Virus record (IMG/VR): IMGVR_UViG_3300029763_000196
Origin: a virus
Reading direction: 5' to 3' (one strand)
DNA: 64,000 nt
Program-made: the position numbers and the translations under genes
Notes under the pieces: generated by a model
Told to the model about the DNA's origin: nothing
Database searches by the model: none
The model's input: only the letters and a program-made list of their open reading frames with translations
In this document: in pieces, positions 9,189 to 18,810 of the stretch
Layout of the letters: each line of letters starts with the position of its first letter
Numbering within the stretch: the stretch's first letter is position 1

Positions 9189-10106
9189 TCACAATATTTT
9201 AAAGTATTCCTTACATAAAAAACCTTTTCTTGGTGAAAAGTCTTTGAAGTCGCAACTCATGTATATTTCCTTCCTATCAGCCCAATGTGCCATGTCTTTC
9301 TGCCACTGTGGAATAATTTGGTGTGGATTGTTCAGATCACGAAAGGGTTGACAATGTGGAAGAAAACGGCGGCTTTTAGATTTCCAGTAGTTGACGCGCG
9401 CAAACGATTCTTCAAAGTCCATAAGGATGCAATACAAGAAATATTCCCCTTTATATCCATACTTGTCTATTAAAGCGGAAGCACGTTCAACTTCTGCAAT
9501 CTGTCCCGGTGTATCGCATCCAAAGCGAATACGTTTAATCCATTTTACTTTTGCAAGTAGCCGAGCGATTTCATCCGTGATTAAACGAGCATCCAGTCCT
9601 TGATTAAAATCCACTTTGATACCCAGTTTGATGATTTTCTCTATTTGCTGCAAGCCATAGTTTGAGGCCAGTATATTATTATCCATAAGGATAGCTTTCT
9701 TCCGTCCGGCTGTTATTTCCTCAATATCCATATAAGGTGAGATTTTTCCTTCTTTTTTAGGAACAACCCACCATTTACACCGATTGGGACACCCACGTGT
9801 CAGAAACCCATAGGACAAATTGGAGTCAATATTGTAGATCGAGTAATCAGGTTGAAGACGATCAACCTCAATTGGAAGAACTTTTTCAATATCATATCCA
9901 GTACCACCTTTTTCTATTTGGTTAGCATTGATATAATAGTTATAGTCGGGTGTGAAAGTGAAAACTTTAGCTGCATATACTTTATCATATTTACATAGTG
10001 GATTATACCATTCCACTTGATCGCCTCTTGCTTTGTGGTAAGCACTGATCTTCATAAGTGCTAAATTGGGGAAATTGCTATCAACGGCTAAAATTCCAAT
10101 ATTCAT
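9189..10106 (-). CDS. hypothetical protein with TRGCPNRC (CxxxC) motif and Rossmann-like N-terminus; function unknown
   Basis: 305-aa ORF; not a canonical CxxxCxxC radical-SAM motif. Confidence 0.4.
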   Translation of the reverse strand: MNIGILAVDSNFPNLALMKISAYHKARGDQVEWYNPLCKYDKVYAAKVFTFTPDYNYYINANQIEKGGTGYDIEKVLPIEVDRLQPDYSIYNIDSNLSYGFLTRGCPNRCKWWVVPKKEGKISPYMDIEEITAGRKKAILMDNNILASNYGLQQIEKIIKLGIKVDFNQGLDARLITDEIARLLAKVKWIKRIRFGCDTPGQIAEVERASALIDKYGYKGEYFLYCILMDFEESFARVNYWKSKSRRFLPHCQPFRDLNNPHQIIPQWQKDMAHWADRKEIYMSCDFKDFSPRKGFLCKEYFKIL

Positions 10107-10501
10107 TATTCTTCAAATTTAGGTTTTGGCATCCATGCTATCGGTTCCCATGACGGAGGTATGCTGCTCATTGAAGAGTAAATTGGGTTACCTTTGTACG
10201 TGTCATAGATATAACCATCCATGCAGAACCATACATTGTTGCTATATGTGCCGTTAAAAATCGCACCATGTTTACATAGAATGATGATGTCTTCATTTTC
10301 ATCCGGCAACTGTCCCTTCACGCTTATCCAAGGTGATTGCTTTGACTGCCAGTCAGCACCTTTTATAAATGCAGATTCTGCAATTTCATCATGAGATAAA
10401 TATGTAAAATCATCAAGTGACGTGTGTGTGCCATAAGTAGTTAATGTTTCGGCACTTGTCATCCTTGCTTCCTTTGCCGCTTCTTCTACTGTCTGTTTCA
10501 T
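10106..10501 (-). CDS. hypothetical protein
   Basis: 131-aa ORF, Trp-rich C-terminus. Confidence 0.35.
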   Translation of the reverse strand: MKQTVEEAAKEARMTSAETLTTYGTHTSLDDFTYLSHDEIAESAFIKGADWQSKQSPWISVKGQLPDENEDIIILCKHGAIFNGTYSNNVWFCMDGYIYDTYKGNPIYSSMSSIPPSWEPIAWMPKPKFEE

Positions 10502-10503
10502 AT

Positions 10504-11172
10504 CTATTTATCAAATAAATTAGTTTGAACCAACGTTCCTCTCTCTGTTTTTATCTCCCCAAAACATTCCCGGTGAAAACGTTCTTCTTGTGCTTCAAAG
10601 TATTCTTCATCTATTTCAGTTGCATAGAAATCGAATCCAAGTCCATAAGCAGCTATTCTGCTACTTCCTGAACCTAAATGACTATCAAAAATTTTGTCTC
10701 CCTCTTTGGCGTTTTTTCTTAATATTTCAGCATATAATTTCACTGGCTTCTGACAACGATGGATATTTCCACCTCGTTCTCCAATTGTACACCGGTTTAG
10801 AGTTATGATCCGAAGAGCTTTGTCAAAACTACTCCATGCCAATTCTCCGTCAGACATTGTTAGTCCATGTTGCCCCTTATCCCAGACGATCCAACCCATT
10901 TTAGGAGGCAGATGTTGAGTAAAATAGTTGCCACCGAAAATTATTTGATTCTTACTCACTCTAAATAACTCCTGAAAATATCTTTTGCCAGGTGGTTTCT
11001 TGTCCCAATCCTTGCGTTTATACTGCTTAAAGCCTAAATGCTTCGGCATCCCACCCTTGTGCATTATGTCTATGCCATACTGGGGATCGACTATCGCTAA
11101 ATCAAAGAACTTATCAGGAATCCCCTTCATGTATTCCATACAGTCCATGTTATATACTTCGCTTATCGGCAT
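10504..11172 (-). CDS. DNA methyltransferase, N4-cytosine/N6-adenine beta class (PF01555-like)
   Basis: motif IV DLAIVDPQYG near the N-terminus and motif I FDSHLGSGSS near the C-terminus, plus HRCQKP. Confidence 0.8.
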   Translation of the reverse strand: MPISEVYNMDCMEYMKGIPDKFFDLAIVDPQYGIDIMHKGGMPKHLGFKQYKRKDWDKKPPGKRYFQELFRVSKNQIIFGGNYFTQHLPPKMGWIVWDKGQHGLTMSDGELAWSSFDKALRIITLNRCTIGERGGNIHRCQKPVKLYAEILRKNAKEGDKIFDSHLGSGSSRIAAYGLGFDFYATEIDEEYFEAQEERFHRECFGEIKTERGTLVQTNLFDK

Positions 11173-11186
11173 TATTTATATCCTTT

Positions 11187-11393
11187 TTATTCTTGTTTAT
11201 AACTAAATATTGGCATTTTTTTAGGCTTTGGGCACTCTTTTAGGTAGTTCCTATCAATCGTAAAAATATCCTGCAAAAGACTTTTCTTTAATGCTTTCTT
11301 TTGCTTTCGAGGAAGTCTTATCAATGTTTTGTATTCGTAAATACCGCCTACAATATGCCATAGTCTGAAATTTATTTTTAATCCTTCATACAT
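11187..11393 (-). CDS. hypothetical protein
   Basis: 68-aa basic ORF. Confidence 0.3.
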   Translation of the reverse strand: MYEGLKINFRLWHIVGGIYEYKTLIRLPRKQKKALKKSLLQDIFTIDRNYLKECPKPKKMPIFSYKQE

Positions 11394-11437
11394 GATTTTG
11401 AATATATGGAAGTAATATAAAGATTTTTCTACTAATA

Positions 11438-11629
11438 TTATTTTCTGATTTCTTCGGCTTTAACGTTATATCCAAGTCTTTTCAATCTATTATAATGGAC
11501 TCCACATAAAAATAGGACATTGCCACTTGGGTATGTAACTTTGTATTTAGCAGTATTTTTACATGGAGTAAAATTGTGCCAGCCTCTTATTCTTGTTTTT
11601 CCTTTATCTACGTGCTCTTCACATTTCAT
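11438..11629 (-). CDS. small Cys/His-containing protein (zinc-binding?)
   Basis: C..H...C and C..H spacing in 63 aa. Confidence 0.3.
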   Translation of the reverse strand: MKCEEHVDKGKTRIRGWHNFTPCKNTAKYKVTYPSGNVLFLCGVHYNRLKRLGYNVKAEEIRK

Positions 11630-11702
11630 AACTTAGTCGTTTGCTTTATAATTGTATAGAATGCGTCATACGGCAGACATTTAACAGCCGTATGACATAC
11701 AC

Positions 11703-12155
11703 TTATTTAACTATCATCCAATCGTTAGCAAGCATATCTGTCTGTGATGCAAGCCAACCATTTACAACGGTGCCATCGGCAGCTTTCATACATAAGTATG
11801 CAGTAAATTTGATTTTATCAATTTCCGAATCTCCATAATTGTTGGCTATCCATTTTTTGAATGATTCGGGAAGTGATTTAACATGATTAACAACCTTTTC
11901 CGTTGATAAACAATCTTCAGGACGCATGAATATGAACATACCCTTACCGTTCCATCCTTTACGAGTAACGAGATGCCCTCGTTTGAGAGATTCAAGTGCT
12001 TGCCCAAAGGTTCCCGTTTCTTCTCCAAGTAATTCACATTCCATTGCCCCTTGTCCGTAAATGGTTTCAATAGTTCCTTTGTAGCTTGCAAGTTCAGGGA
12101 ACTCAGCTACAACCCCTGCTGCATATTCGGCAGCCTTTTCGTCTAATGTCTTCAT
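11703..12155 (-). CDS. DUF2829-domain protein (Tad2-like anti-Thoeris sponge candidate) with an extra N-terminal region
   Basis: LESLKRGHLVTRKGWNGKGMFIF ... DGTVVNGWLASQTDMLANDWMIV matches the DUF2829 signature (KRxGWNGKGMYI...W..W). Confidence 0.5.
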   Translation of the reverse strand: MKTLDEKAAEYAAGVVAEFPELASYKGTIETIYGQGAMECELLGEETGTFGQALESLKRGHLVTRKGWNGKGMFIFMRPEDCLSTEKVVNHVKSLPESFKKWIANNYGDSEIDKIKFTAYLCMKAADGTVVNGWLASQTDMLANDWMIVK

Positions 12156-12272
12156 TCTAATAAATGTTTTTGAGTAAACATTGAATCTGCTTCTTGAAAC
12201 TGTTTTGTGAAGCGGTTCTTTTTATAAACTCTTGGTGCAGTACATCCAGTTAACAAAACAAGGAGTGTAAAG

Positions 12273-12280
12273 ATAATAAG
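12273..12280. repeat. left copy of 8-bp flanking direct repeat ATAATAAG (putative target-site duplication of the Mu-like insertion)
   Basis: identical octamer at 47970..47977 immediately outside the inverted terminal transposase-site repeats. Confidence 0.5.
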
Positions 12281-12286
12281 GGGGAT

Positions 12287-12767
12287 AAAACGAAATGCGA
12301 TAAATTGAGTTATTCCGCATAAACGGTAATAGTTTTGATATACAAATAGTTATGTACGAATAGGAGAGGGGAGAGAGAAAAAACGAAAAGTTTACTCTGC
12401 TTTACTTTGGCTTTACTTTGGACTTTACTTTGAACGGTTTGAACGCCCGTCAACTTTACATGGCAATGGAGATGTGATAAACGGAGTAGAGTAGGGTAGG
12501 AGAAATGCGGTACATGGGCTGCGAAATGCTTTATTTAGGCGTTTTGCAGCCCTTTTTGTGCTTTATAGATAGATTGGCTTCCTACTTTTGAATAGTTGAA
12601 ATTTAGTGCTCAAAATAGCGAAAATAGGGATGGGGGAGGAGAGTGGCGATTTTAACGGGAATATTTCGTTTTTTGAGGATTGGATATGCAGTAGGATATG
12701 CGTTTGGGTATGCAAATTTGTCAAGAAAAAAACGAAATGTGTTGATTGGGTATGCGTTTGGATATGC
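12287..12767. promoter_or_regulatory. left-end region with transposase/repressor binding-site repeats
   Basis: AAAACGAAATGCGA (12287-12300), AAAAACGAAAAG (12377-12390), inverted ATTTCGTTTTTT (12663-12674), AAAAAACGAAATGTG (12725-12740); five GG(A/G)TATGC repeats (12682,12694,12706,12748,12760) spaced by CGTTTGG. Confidence 0.5.
12396..12433. repeat. tandem ~10-bp repeats CTTTACTTTG(G) x3.5
   Basis: gctttactttggctttactttggactttactttgaac seen directly. Confidence 0.6.
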
Positions 12768-12976
12768 AATTTAAGCAAAATTAAGATGGGTTGAATTATA
12801 CAAGTTACCATTTTACTACCCGTTTTTATGGCTTTATGTATTATTCAAGGGGGGAAAATACCATATAAAGAATAATGCAAATCAGCATATATGATAGAGT
12901 AATATGCTGATTTATAAAAAGGTATCTGGCAATTTCTGTTTTATTTGTGTTGAAAACGTGCGTGTGTCTCTTTTAT

Positions 12977-13633
12977 TTAGAACAATCTGTGCATACTTCC
13001 TAATACTGCGTATACTTTCTGTATCATGGAAATAGGAATGTCTTGCGGACTGTATTCCGGGCTTTTATTGGTGGGGATTAAGCGAATAAAATCTTTTTGG
13101 TCTGCTTTTCCTATTCGTTTAACAGTCCGATAGCTTTCTGTCACGATGGCATATATTTCTCCATAGGGGAGATATTGGACGGGATCGGTCATTTCTTTGA
13201 GGGCGATATAGTCTCCGTTGCTTAATTCGGGTTCCATAGAATGACCTGTAATATTACACCACACAACACCGGGTTTATTGTAAGGCTCAAAATTTATATA
13301 GTAATCCGGATTAATTGTTTGATCATTTAAAACGAGATCAAATCCACCGATAAAATCTACATTGTAGTAAGGTGCTCCCTTATATTCATAATTAATAGTC
13401 GGGAGTGATAGCGGCTGTGGGGTTTCCTTTAGCATAGAGCCTCGCCCTGTTATTAGCCATTCTAAATTGAGGTGAGGATAATTATCCGCAATAACGGAAA
13501 GCCATTTGCTTTGAATATCTGTTTTATTATTTATGGCTCGCCTAATCATGCCATCGCTCGCAGATATTGACTGTTCAAAAGATCTAACGCTAATCCCTTG
13601 ATTTTGTATAAATTGGCTAATTCGTTCAATCAT
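12977..13633 (-). CDS. CI/LexA-like repressor (XRE HTH + S24 peptidase domain) of the Mu-like phage
   Basis: N-terminal HTH ending LNLEWLITGRGSM; C-terminal GHSMEPEL...GDYIA...RIGK (Ser-Lys dyad peptidase S24 signature); leftward, adjacent to left end as in Mu c. Confidence 0.8.
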   Translation of the reverse strand: MIERISQFIQNQGISVRSFEQSISASDGMIRRAINNKTDIQSKWLSVIADNYPHLNLEWLITGRGSMLKETPQPLSLPTINYEYKGAPYYNVDFIGGFDLVLNDQTINPDYYINFEPYNKPGVVWCNITGHSMEPELSNGDYIALKEMTDPVQYLPYGEIYAIVTESYRTVKRIGKADQKDFIRLIPTNKSPEYSPQDIPISMIQKVYAVLGSMHRLF

Positions 13634-13783
13634 AATTTTATTCTTTCTGTGAAAATAATCACGATTTTGCTTTATATTGTGATAATTATCCTATATATTT
13701 GCATCACCGTATTAATATTACCGGCTGTAAAGGTAGTGAAAACGGCTGATATGACAATGAATAACTTTTAAAAACAATGTGAT

Positions 13784-13969
13784 ATGAGAAAGCGAATAGT
13801 AGTAGATCGTGGTGAGATCAAGAAAATCTCAAAGGATTTTAAAGTCACGAGCAAAGCCGTTTGGGAGGCACTGGTTTATCGCAGTAACAGCAGCAAGGCG
13901 AGGCTTATCCGTAAGGTAGCCCTTGAACGTGGAGGTGTTGAAATCGGAGATCAAAAGGAGGCGGTATGA
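13784..13969 (+). CDS. Ner/Cro-like small DNA-binding protein
   Basis: 61 aa, HTH-like ISKDFKVTSKAVWEAL, divergent from repressor, first gene of rightward early operon. Confidence 0.45.
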   Translation: MRKRIVVDRGEIKKISKDFKVTSKAVWEALVYRSNSSKARLIRKVALERGGVEIGDQKEAV

Positions 13970-14184
13970 AAAAGGTGTTGTTACTTCTCTTTGGAGATGA
14001 GTTCAGGGAGTATTTCTCTTTGACTGCGAGGCAAAAGTTTTACGTGTGGTATTTCTGCCTAAGTTTATGCTTTTTATGTATAACTGATGATAGTCCGATA
14101 TGGGCTATTATAGTGGTAGTCTTGAATTTTGCCAATGCCGCCCGCCTGATTAAAAAAGTACCATTAAATATAAAGGAGGATTAA
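13966..14184 (+). CDS. small membrane protein
   Basis: hydrophobic segments VLLLLFG and WAIIVVVLNFANAA. Confidence 0.3.
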   Translation: MKKVLLLLFGDEFREYFSLTARQKFYVWYFCLSLCFLCITDDSPIWAIIVVVLNFANAARLIKKVPLNIKED

Positions 14185-14186
14185 TC

Positions 14187-14594
14187 ATGAAAAGAGTATT
14201 TCACGTTAAAGAAGATGACACTATCAGAAAATTGTTTGAAGATCTGCTTGATGCGGAAAGAACCTTGTACTCCGCAAGATGCCCCGAAATCGTCAACGAG
14301 ATGGATGACACGCCCTCTCTATGGCTGTCTTTACAACCTCCTTATGTTCCCTCTCAATCTCGTTCACGGCGTTTTTTAGAGCTTGATGAAGAGCCTTACT
14401 TCCGCTTGGCCGGCCTTTTGGAATTGACGTATAGAAACTCAACTCCACCGGAACTCCAAACGCGGGGGTTAACCATCCGGATTCGGGATAATAAGGCTTA
14501 CTTCTGTATCTCAGGTTCAATCTCCTTAGCTGATTTGCAAACGCTGTGCGAACGTTGTCAGGCTGGGCAATCTCCTGATCAATGTAAAAAGTGA
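14187..14594 (+). CDS. hypothetical protein
   Basis: 135-aa ORF with SD (aaggagga) upstream. Confidence 0.4.
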   Translation: MKRVFHVKEDDTIRKLFEDLLDAERTLYSARCPEIVNEMDDTPSLWLSLQPPYVPSQSRSRRFLELDEEPYFRLAGLLELTYRNSTPPELQTRGLTIRIRDNKAYFCISGSISLADLQTLCERCQAGQSPDQCKK

Positions 14595-14649
14595 TACAAA
14601 ATGATGTTTCCATGATGATAACGATTTGATTTTGCAAAGGTAAGAAAAA

Positions 14650-14692
14650 TCCCGGACGGTCTTTTGAGGTGGTTCGACTCCGCCTCCGGGGA
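14650..14692 (+). other. tRNA-like acceptor/T-arm minihelix (tRNA 3'-half-like fragment) just upstream of the transposase gene
   Basis: TCCCGGA...GGTGG TTCGACT CCGCC TCCGGGG A : T-loop consensus GGTTCGACTCC flanked by complementary acceptor-like arms; no D or anticodon arm. Confidence 0.3.
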
Positions 14693-14708
14693 CAAAGTTT
14701 AAAAAGGT

Positions 14709-16781
14709 ATGGAGTATTTTGGAAAAACAGTATGTGCAACTTACGATGAATTAACATCAGGAAATGATCCGGTAATAAAACCCGGAACATTGAAGTCCTT
14801 GCAATACAGGAAACGTGTTGATGTTATTTCTCGTGGAGGCGGTGGAGGAAACATCGCCTTATATGTCTATTCCTCCCTACCTGAACGTTACCGGATCCGC
14901 TTTGAGCAAAAGTATGGTGATCCGGTGGAGCTAATCAAAGAGCAGTGCATGAAAGACAGGCTTAAAATAGATGATGCCGCCCGAACATTCTTTGAGGATT
15001 ACCGGTATGACAAGGCCGGCGAGATGGTGAGCCTTACCGAAAGGAAAAAAGAGGAATACACCATAAACGCCTCGGTACTGAACGAGTTGATATCGATCCT
15101 GAATGACCGGGAGGGCTATCGCAAGGCTTTGGGTGGAAGTACAAAGAAAGTATGGGAAACGATTATCGGAACGGCAGACCGCCTCCGTGATTCTTATGGC
15201 CACACACTGCCTGAAAACGCCGCCCGGCTGAAAGACAAGATAAACCAATACAAGAAAGAGGGTTACTCCTGCCTGATCAGCAAGAAAATGGGGAATGACA
15301 ATACCCTGAAAATAACCGAGGAAGCCGGTAACATGATTATAGCGTTAAAGCGGAGTAGCGTTCCCGTTTATACTGATGCTCAAATATTCGTGGAATTCAA
15401 CCGGATTGCAGAAGAGAAAGGCTGGAAGCAGCTCCGGAGCATTCAGAGCCTCCGTGGGTTCCTGAACCGTCCTGACATCGAACCGTTGTGGTACGATGCC
15501 GTTCACGGGGAGCTGAAAGCCCACCAGCGTTACAGCCGCAAGAATAAAACCGAGCTTCCTTCGATGCGTGACTCCCTATGGTACGGTGACGGTACGAAAA
15601 TCAATTTGTATTACAAGGATTACGACAAAGACGGTAAGCTGGTGGTTCGTACCACTCAGGTTTACGAGGTCATCGATGCTTATTCGGAGGTATTTTTGGG
15701 ATACCATATTTCAGACAGCGAGGACTACGAAGCGCAATATAATGCCTACCGCATGGCCGTTCAGGTATCAGGTCATAAGCCTTACGAGCTGGTGCATGAT
15801 AATCAGGGAGGCCACAAAAAGCTGCAAAACAGCAAATTCTTTGACAAGATTGTCGGCCATGTTCACAGAACCACGGCTCCATACAGCGGGCAGTCCAAAA
15901 CGATAGAGAGTGTTTTCGGACGTTTTCAGGCCGAGGTTCTGCACAAGGATTGGAGGTTCACCGGCCAAAATATCACCACCAAAAAGGACACGAGCCGCCC
16001 GAATTTAGAGCGTATCGAGGCGAACAAGGATAAACTTTACACTCTGGCCGAACTGAAAGCGGCATACGCTGCCGTCCGGAAAGAATGGAACGAAAGCAGG
16101 CATTTTGCTACCGGATTGAGCCGTATGGAAATGTACAAAAACAGCGTGAACCCTGATACCCCGGCGGTGGGTGTTCTCGACATGATCGAGATGTTTTGGG
16201 TGATGACGGACAAACCGTCCACTTATACTGACAACGGCCTGAAAATAACTATCAAGAAACGTGAGTTCACATACGAGGTGTACGAGGCCCCGGGTTTTCC
16301 CGATCACGAATTTCTCAGGAACAACAGGGGGCAAAAATTCTACACGATGTATGATCCTTATGACCATACCTCGGTACGGCTCTACAAGAAAGATAAGGCA
16401 GGAGAGCTGAGATTTGTACGGACGGCGGAGCCTTATATCGTTATCCACCGTAACATTCAGGAGCAGACCGAGGGCGAAATGGCCTTTATCCGCCGGAATA
16501 TCGAGGCGAACACGGAGGATCGCATCGAGCGTCAGGTGGGAGCCCGGATCATCGAGCAGGCGCACGGCGTGAGCATGGAACAACAGGGACTCAAACGTCC
16601 GAAACTGAAAGGTGTAAAGAAAGAAACGGAGCGTGAGATTGAACGCCGTGTCCGTCGGTACAGTCAGTATCCGGAGCAGCTCTCCGCCGGTAAGGTGACA
16701 AAACTGATAAGCAACATCACGTTTGACCAGCTGAATGGAGACATCCGCCTGAATGAAAAGAAAGTAGCAGGAAAATTATAA
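14709..16781 (+). CDS. MuA-like DDE transposase
   Basis: 690 aa; catalytic-core-like LWYGDGT ... VIDAYS ... SKTIESVFGRFQ spacing of Mu/rve-type DDE transposases; followed by MuB-like ATPase. Confidence 0.85.
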   Translation: MEYFGKTVCATYDELTSGNDPVIKPGTLKSLQYRKRVDVISRGGGGGNIALYVYSSLPERYRIRFEQKYGDPVELIKEQCMKDRLKIDDAARTFFEDYRYDKAGEMVSLTERKKEEYTINASVLNELISILNDREGYRKALGGSTKKVWETIIGTADRLRDSYGHTLPENAARLKDKINQYKKEGYSCLISKKMGNDNTLKITEEAGNMIIALKRSSVPVYTDAQIFVEFNRIAEEKGWKQLRSIQSLRGFLNRPDIEPLWYDAVHGELKAHQRYSRKNKTELPSMRDSLWYGDGTKINLYYKDYDKDGKLVVRTTQVYEVIDAYSEVFLGYHISDSEDYEAQYNAYRMAVQVSGHKPYELVHDNQGGHKKLQNSKFFDKIVGHVHRTTAPYSGQSKTIESVFGRFQAEVLHKDWRFTGQNITTKKDTSRPNLERIEANKDKLYTLAELKAAYAAVRKEWNESRHFATGLSRMEMYKNSVNPDTPAVGVLDMIEMFWVMTDKPSTYTDNGLKITIKKREFTYEVYEAPGFPDHEFLRNNRGQKFYTMYDPYDHTSVRLYKKDKAGELRFVRTAEPYIVIHRNIQEQTEGEMAFIRRNIEANTEDRIERQVGARIIEQAHGVSMEQQGLKRPKLKGVKKETEREIERRVRRYSQYPEQLSAGKVTKLISNITFDQLNGDIRLNEKKVAGKL

Positions 16782-16792
16782 TTCAAAATAAA

Positions 16793-17674
16793 ATGAACAG
16801 TACAATGACACAGCAAGAGAAAGACAATATCCGTGATGTTCTCCGGGTATATGCAGCGAAGTATTCCAGCCAAAAAAAGGCTGCGGCGAGTTTGAACGGC
16901 GTGTCTGCCGGTACACTGAGTGCCGTGATTAACGGCAAGTACGAGAATATCAGCGATGATATGTTCCGTAATATCATCGCTCAGATTACTCCGGCAGCCG
17001 CAGCTACCGGTTGGCAGCTGGTGGAAACGAACTCCTTTCAGGAAATATGGTATGCCCTGAGCGATGCGCAGGAGTTTAAAAAAGTCCGCTGGATCGTGGG
17101 TGGTGCGGGATGCGGCAAAACAACGACAGCCACCATGTACGCACAAAAAAATCATGAGGTGTTCGTCATCCTTTGTGATGAGGATATGCGGAAAGGTGAT
17201 TTTGTCCGGGAGATCGCCCGTAAACTCGGTTTCAAGACTTGCGGGATGCGTATCCGTGAAATATTGGACTTGGCCATCGAGAGCATCATACAGATGGAAA
17301 ATCCGCTTTTGGTATTCGATGAGGGTGACAAGTTGAACGATAACGTGTTCCACTACTTTATCAACCTGTATAACCGGTTGGAGGGCAAATGCGGGATTAC
17401 TTTCTTATCCACTGATTACATCCAGCACCGTATCGATTGCGGTTTGAACCATAACCGGAAAGGGTATAACGAGATTTATTCCCGTATCGGGCGTAAGTTC
17501 TTTGAGCTGGAGCCAACCTCCTGCAATGATGTGTTTGCCATTTGTCAAGCCAACGGCCTGACGGACAAGAAACAGATCGCAAATGTGATCGATTTGACGG
17601 AGAAATCGGAGTTTGATTTGCGATGCGTGAAAGATGCCATTCACCGGGAGAAAAAGGTGGCGGCAGCGAAATAG
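16793..17674 (+). CDS. MuB-like AAA+ transposition ATPase (target DNA activator)
   Basis: Walker A WIVGGAGCGKTTT, Walker B LLVFDEGD, 293 aa, immediately downstream of transposase. Confidence 0.8.
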   Translation: MNSTMTQQEKDNIRDVLRVYAAKYSSQKKAAASLNGVSAGTLSAVINGKYENISDDMFRNIIAQITPAAAATGWQLVETNSFQEIWYALSDAQEFKKVRWIVGGAGCGKTTTATMYAQKNHEVFVILCDEDMRKGDFVREIARKLGFKTCGMRIREILDLAIESIIQMENPLLVFDEGDKLNDNVFHYFINLYNRLEGKCGITFLSTDYIQHRIDCGLNHNRKGYNEIYSRIGRKFFELEPTSCNDVFAICQANGLTDKKQIANVIDLTEKSEFDLRCVKDAIHREKKVAAAK

Positions 17675-17731
17675 TATAAAAACCTGTTCAAATGCCGGTT
17701 GAACGGCGTTTGAACGTAATTCAAAAAGTAT

Positions 17732-18175
17732 ATGAAACAAATTGTTTTACCACTCGCAAGCCGGTTCCCTGTAGGCCATTTGAAAAAAGGCCAGATTACC
17801 GGCTTTCCTGAGAAAGTGATTAAAGGAACCAAGATCCACACGTTTCGTGAGGATCCGGGCAAATGGGCGTACAACGTGGAGCTTATCAACTCCCATGATG
17901 CGGAGCTATCTATCCGCCGGTGGATTGGCCGTCCTTATCACACTCCGCAGCTGGAGGTGAAAAGATTGAAGAAAATCGGTATCCAGCAGGTGCAGATGAC
18001 ATGGGAGTCCGATATCGAGCAGCCGACCGTTTTCATAGACGGGAAACGTATCCTGAACGTGGAGCAGCTGGCTGCTAATGACGGGATGACTCTCGATGAT
18101 TTCGTGAGCTGGTTTTTTAAGACCTCCGACACTTTCGAGGGAGTGATTATTCATTTTACAGATTTCAGATATTGA
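17732..18175 (+). CDS. hypothetical early protein
   Basis: 147-aa ORF. Confidence 0.4.
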   Translation: MKQIVLPLASRFPVGHLKKGQITGFPEKVIKGTKIHTFREDPGKWAYNVELINSHDAELSIRRWIGRPYHTPQLEVKRLKKIGIQQVQMTWESDIEQPTVFIDGKRILNVEQLAANDGMTLDDFVSWFFKTSDTFEGVIIHFTDFRY

Positions 18176-18178
18176 TTT

Positions 18179-18799
18179 ATGGCACGGGCATTATCGGTAA
18201 CAGAAGCAGTAAGCATGAAGAAAGAAACGCTCAAGCTGACAGGTGCATGGGCGGACGCTTTCGGAGAGCCTGAACGGATTGGCGTTTGGTTTATTTGGGG
18301 CAATAGTGGTAACGGGAAAAGCAGCTTTGTCATGCAGCTTTGTAAAGAGCTGGCAAAGTTCGGGCGGGTGGCTTATGACAGCCTCGAAGAGGGTGCGAGC
18401 CTTACCATGCAGAACACGCTCCGCCGTTTCAACATGGCCGAGGTAAACCGCCGTTTCCAGCTACTTGACTGCGAACCGATATCCGAGCTTAGTGAAAGGA
18501 TGGATAAACATAAAAGCCCCGATTTTTACGTCATCGACAGTTTTCAATATACCCAAATGAGCTATAAGGAGTACATCAAATTTAAGGAGGCGCACCGGAA
18601 TAAGCTGCTGATATTTATCTCCCATGCGGATGGACGGAACCCTGATGGCCGGAGCGCAAAGAAAGTGATGTATGATGCCGCCTTGAAAATTTACGTGGAG
18701 GGTTTCCGGGCTTTCTCGAAAGGCCGTTTTTTCGGCTCTGTAGGGCACTTTACTGTTTGGAATGAGGGTGCGATAAGATATTGGGGAGATAACGCTTAA
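18179..18799 (+). CDS. P-loop NTPase of unknown function
   Basis: Walker A GNSGNGKSS, Walker B-like FYVIDSF. Confidence 0.45.
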   Translation: MARALSVTEAVSMKKETLKLTGAWADAFGEPERIGVWFIWGNSGNGKSSFVMQLCKELAKFGRVAYDSLEEGASLTMQNTLRRFNMAEVNRRFQLLDCEPISELSERMDKHKSPDFYVIDSFQYTQMSYKEYIKFKEAHRNKLLIFISHADGRNPDGRSAKKVMYDAALKIYVEGFRAFSKGRFFGSVGHFTVWNEGAIRYWGDNA

Positions 18800-18810
18800 A
18801 ACGAACGGAA

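Noticed and set aside
12396-12770. Short tandem and interspersed repeats considered as a possible CRISPR array
   Set aside because: Units are only 8-10 bp, with no 25-40 bp repeats and no spacers of regular length, and no cas genes. They are better explained as transposase and repressor binding sites at the Mu-like left end.
12563-12811. ORFs 12563..12811 (-) and 12606..12794 (+) in the left-end region
   Set aside because: They have low-complexity translations driven by the repeat arrays and overlap each other on opposite strands. They are most likely non-coding.
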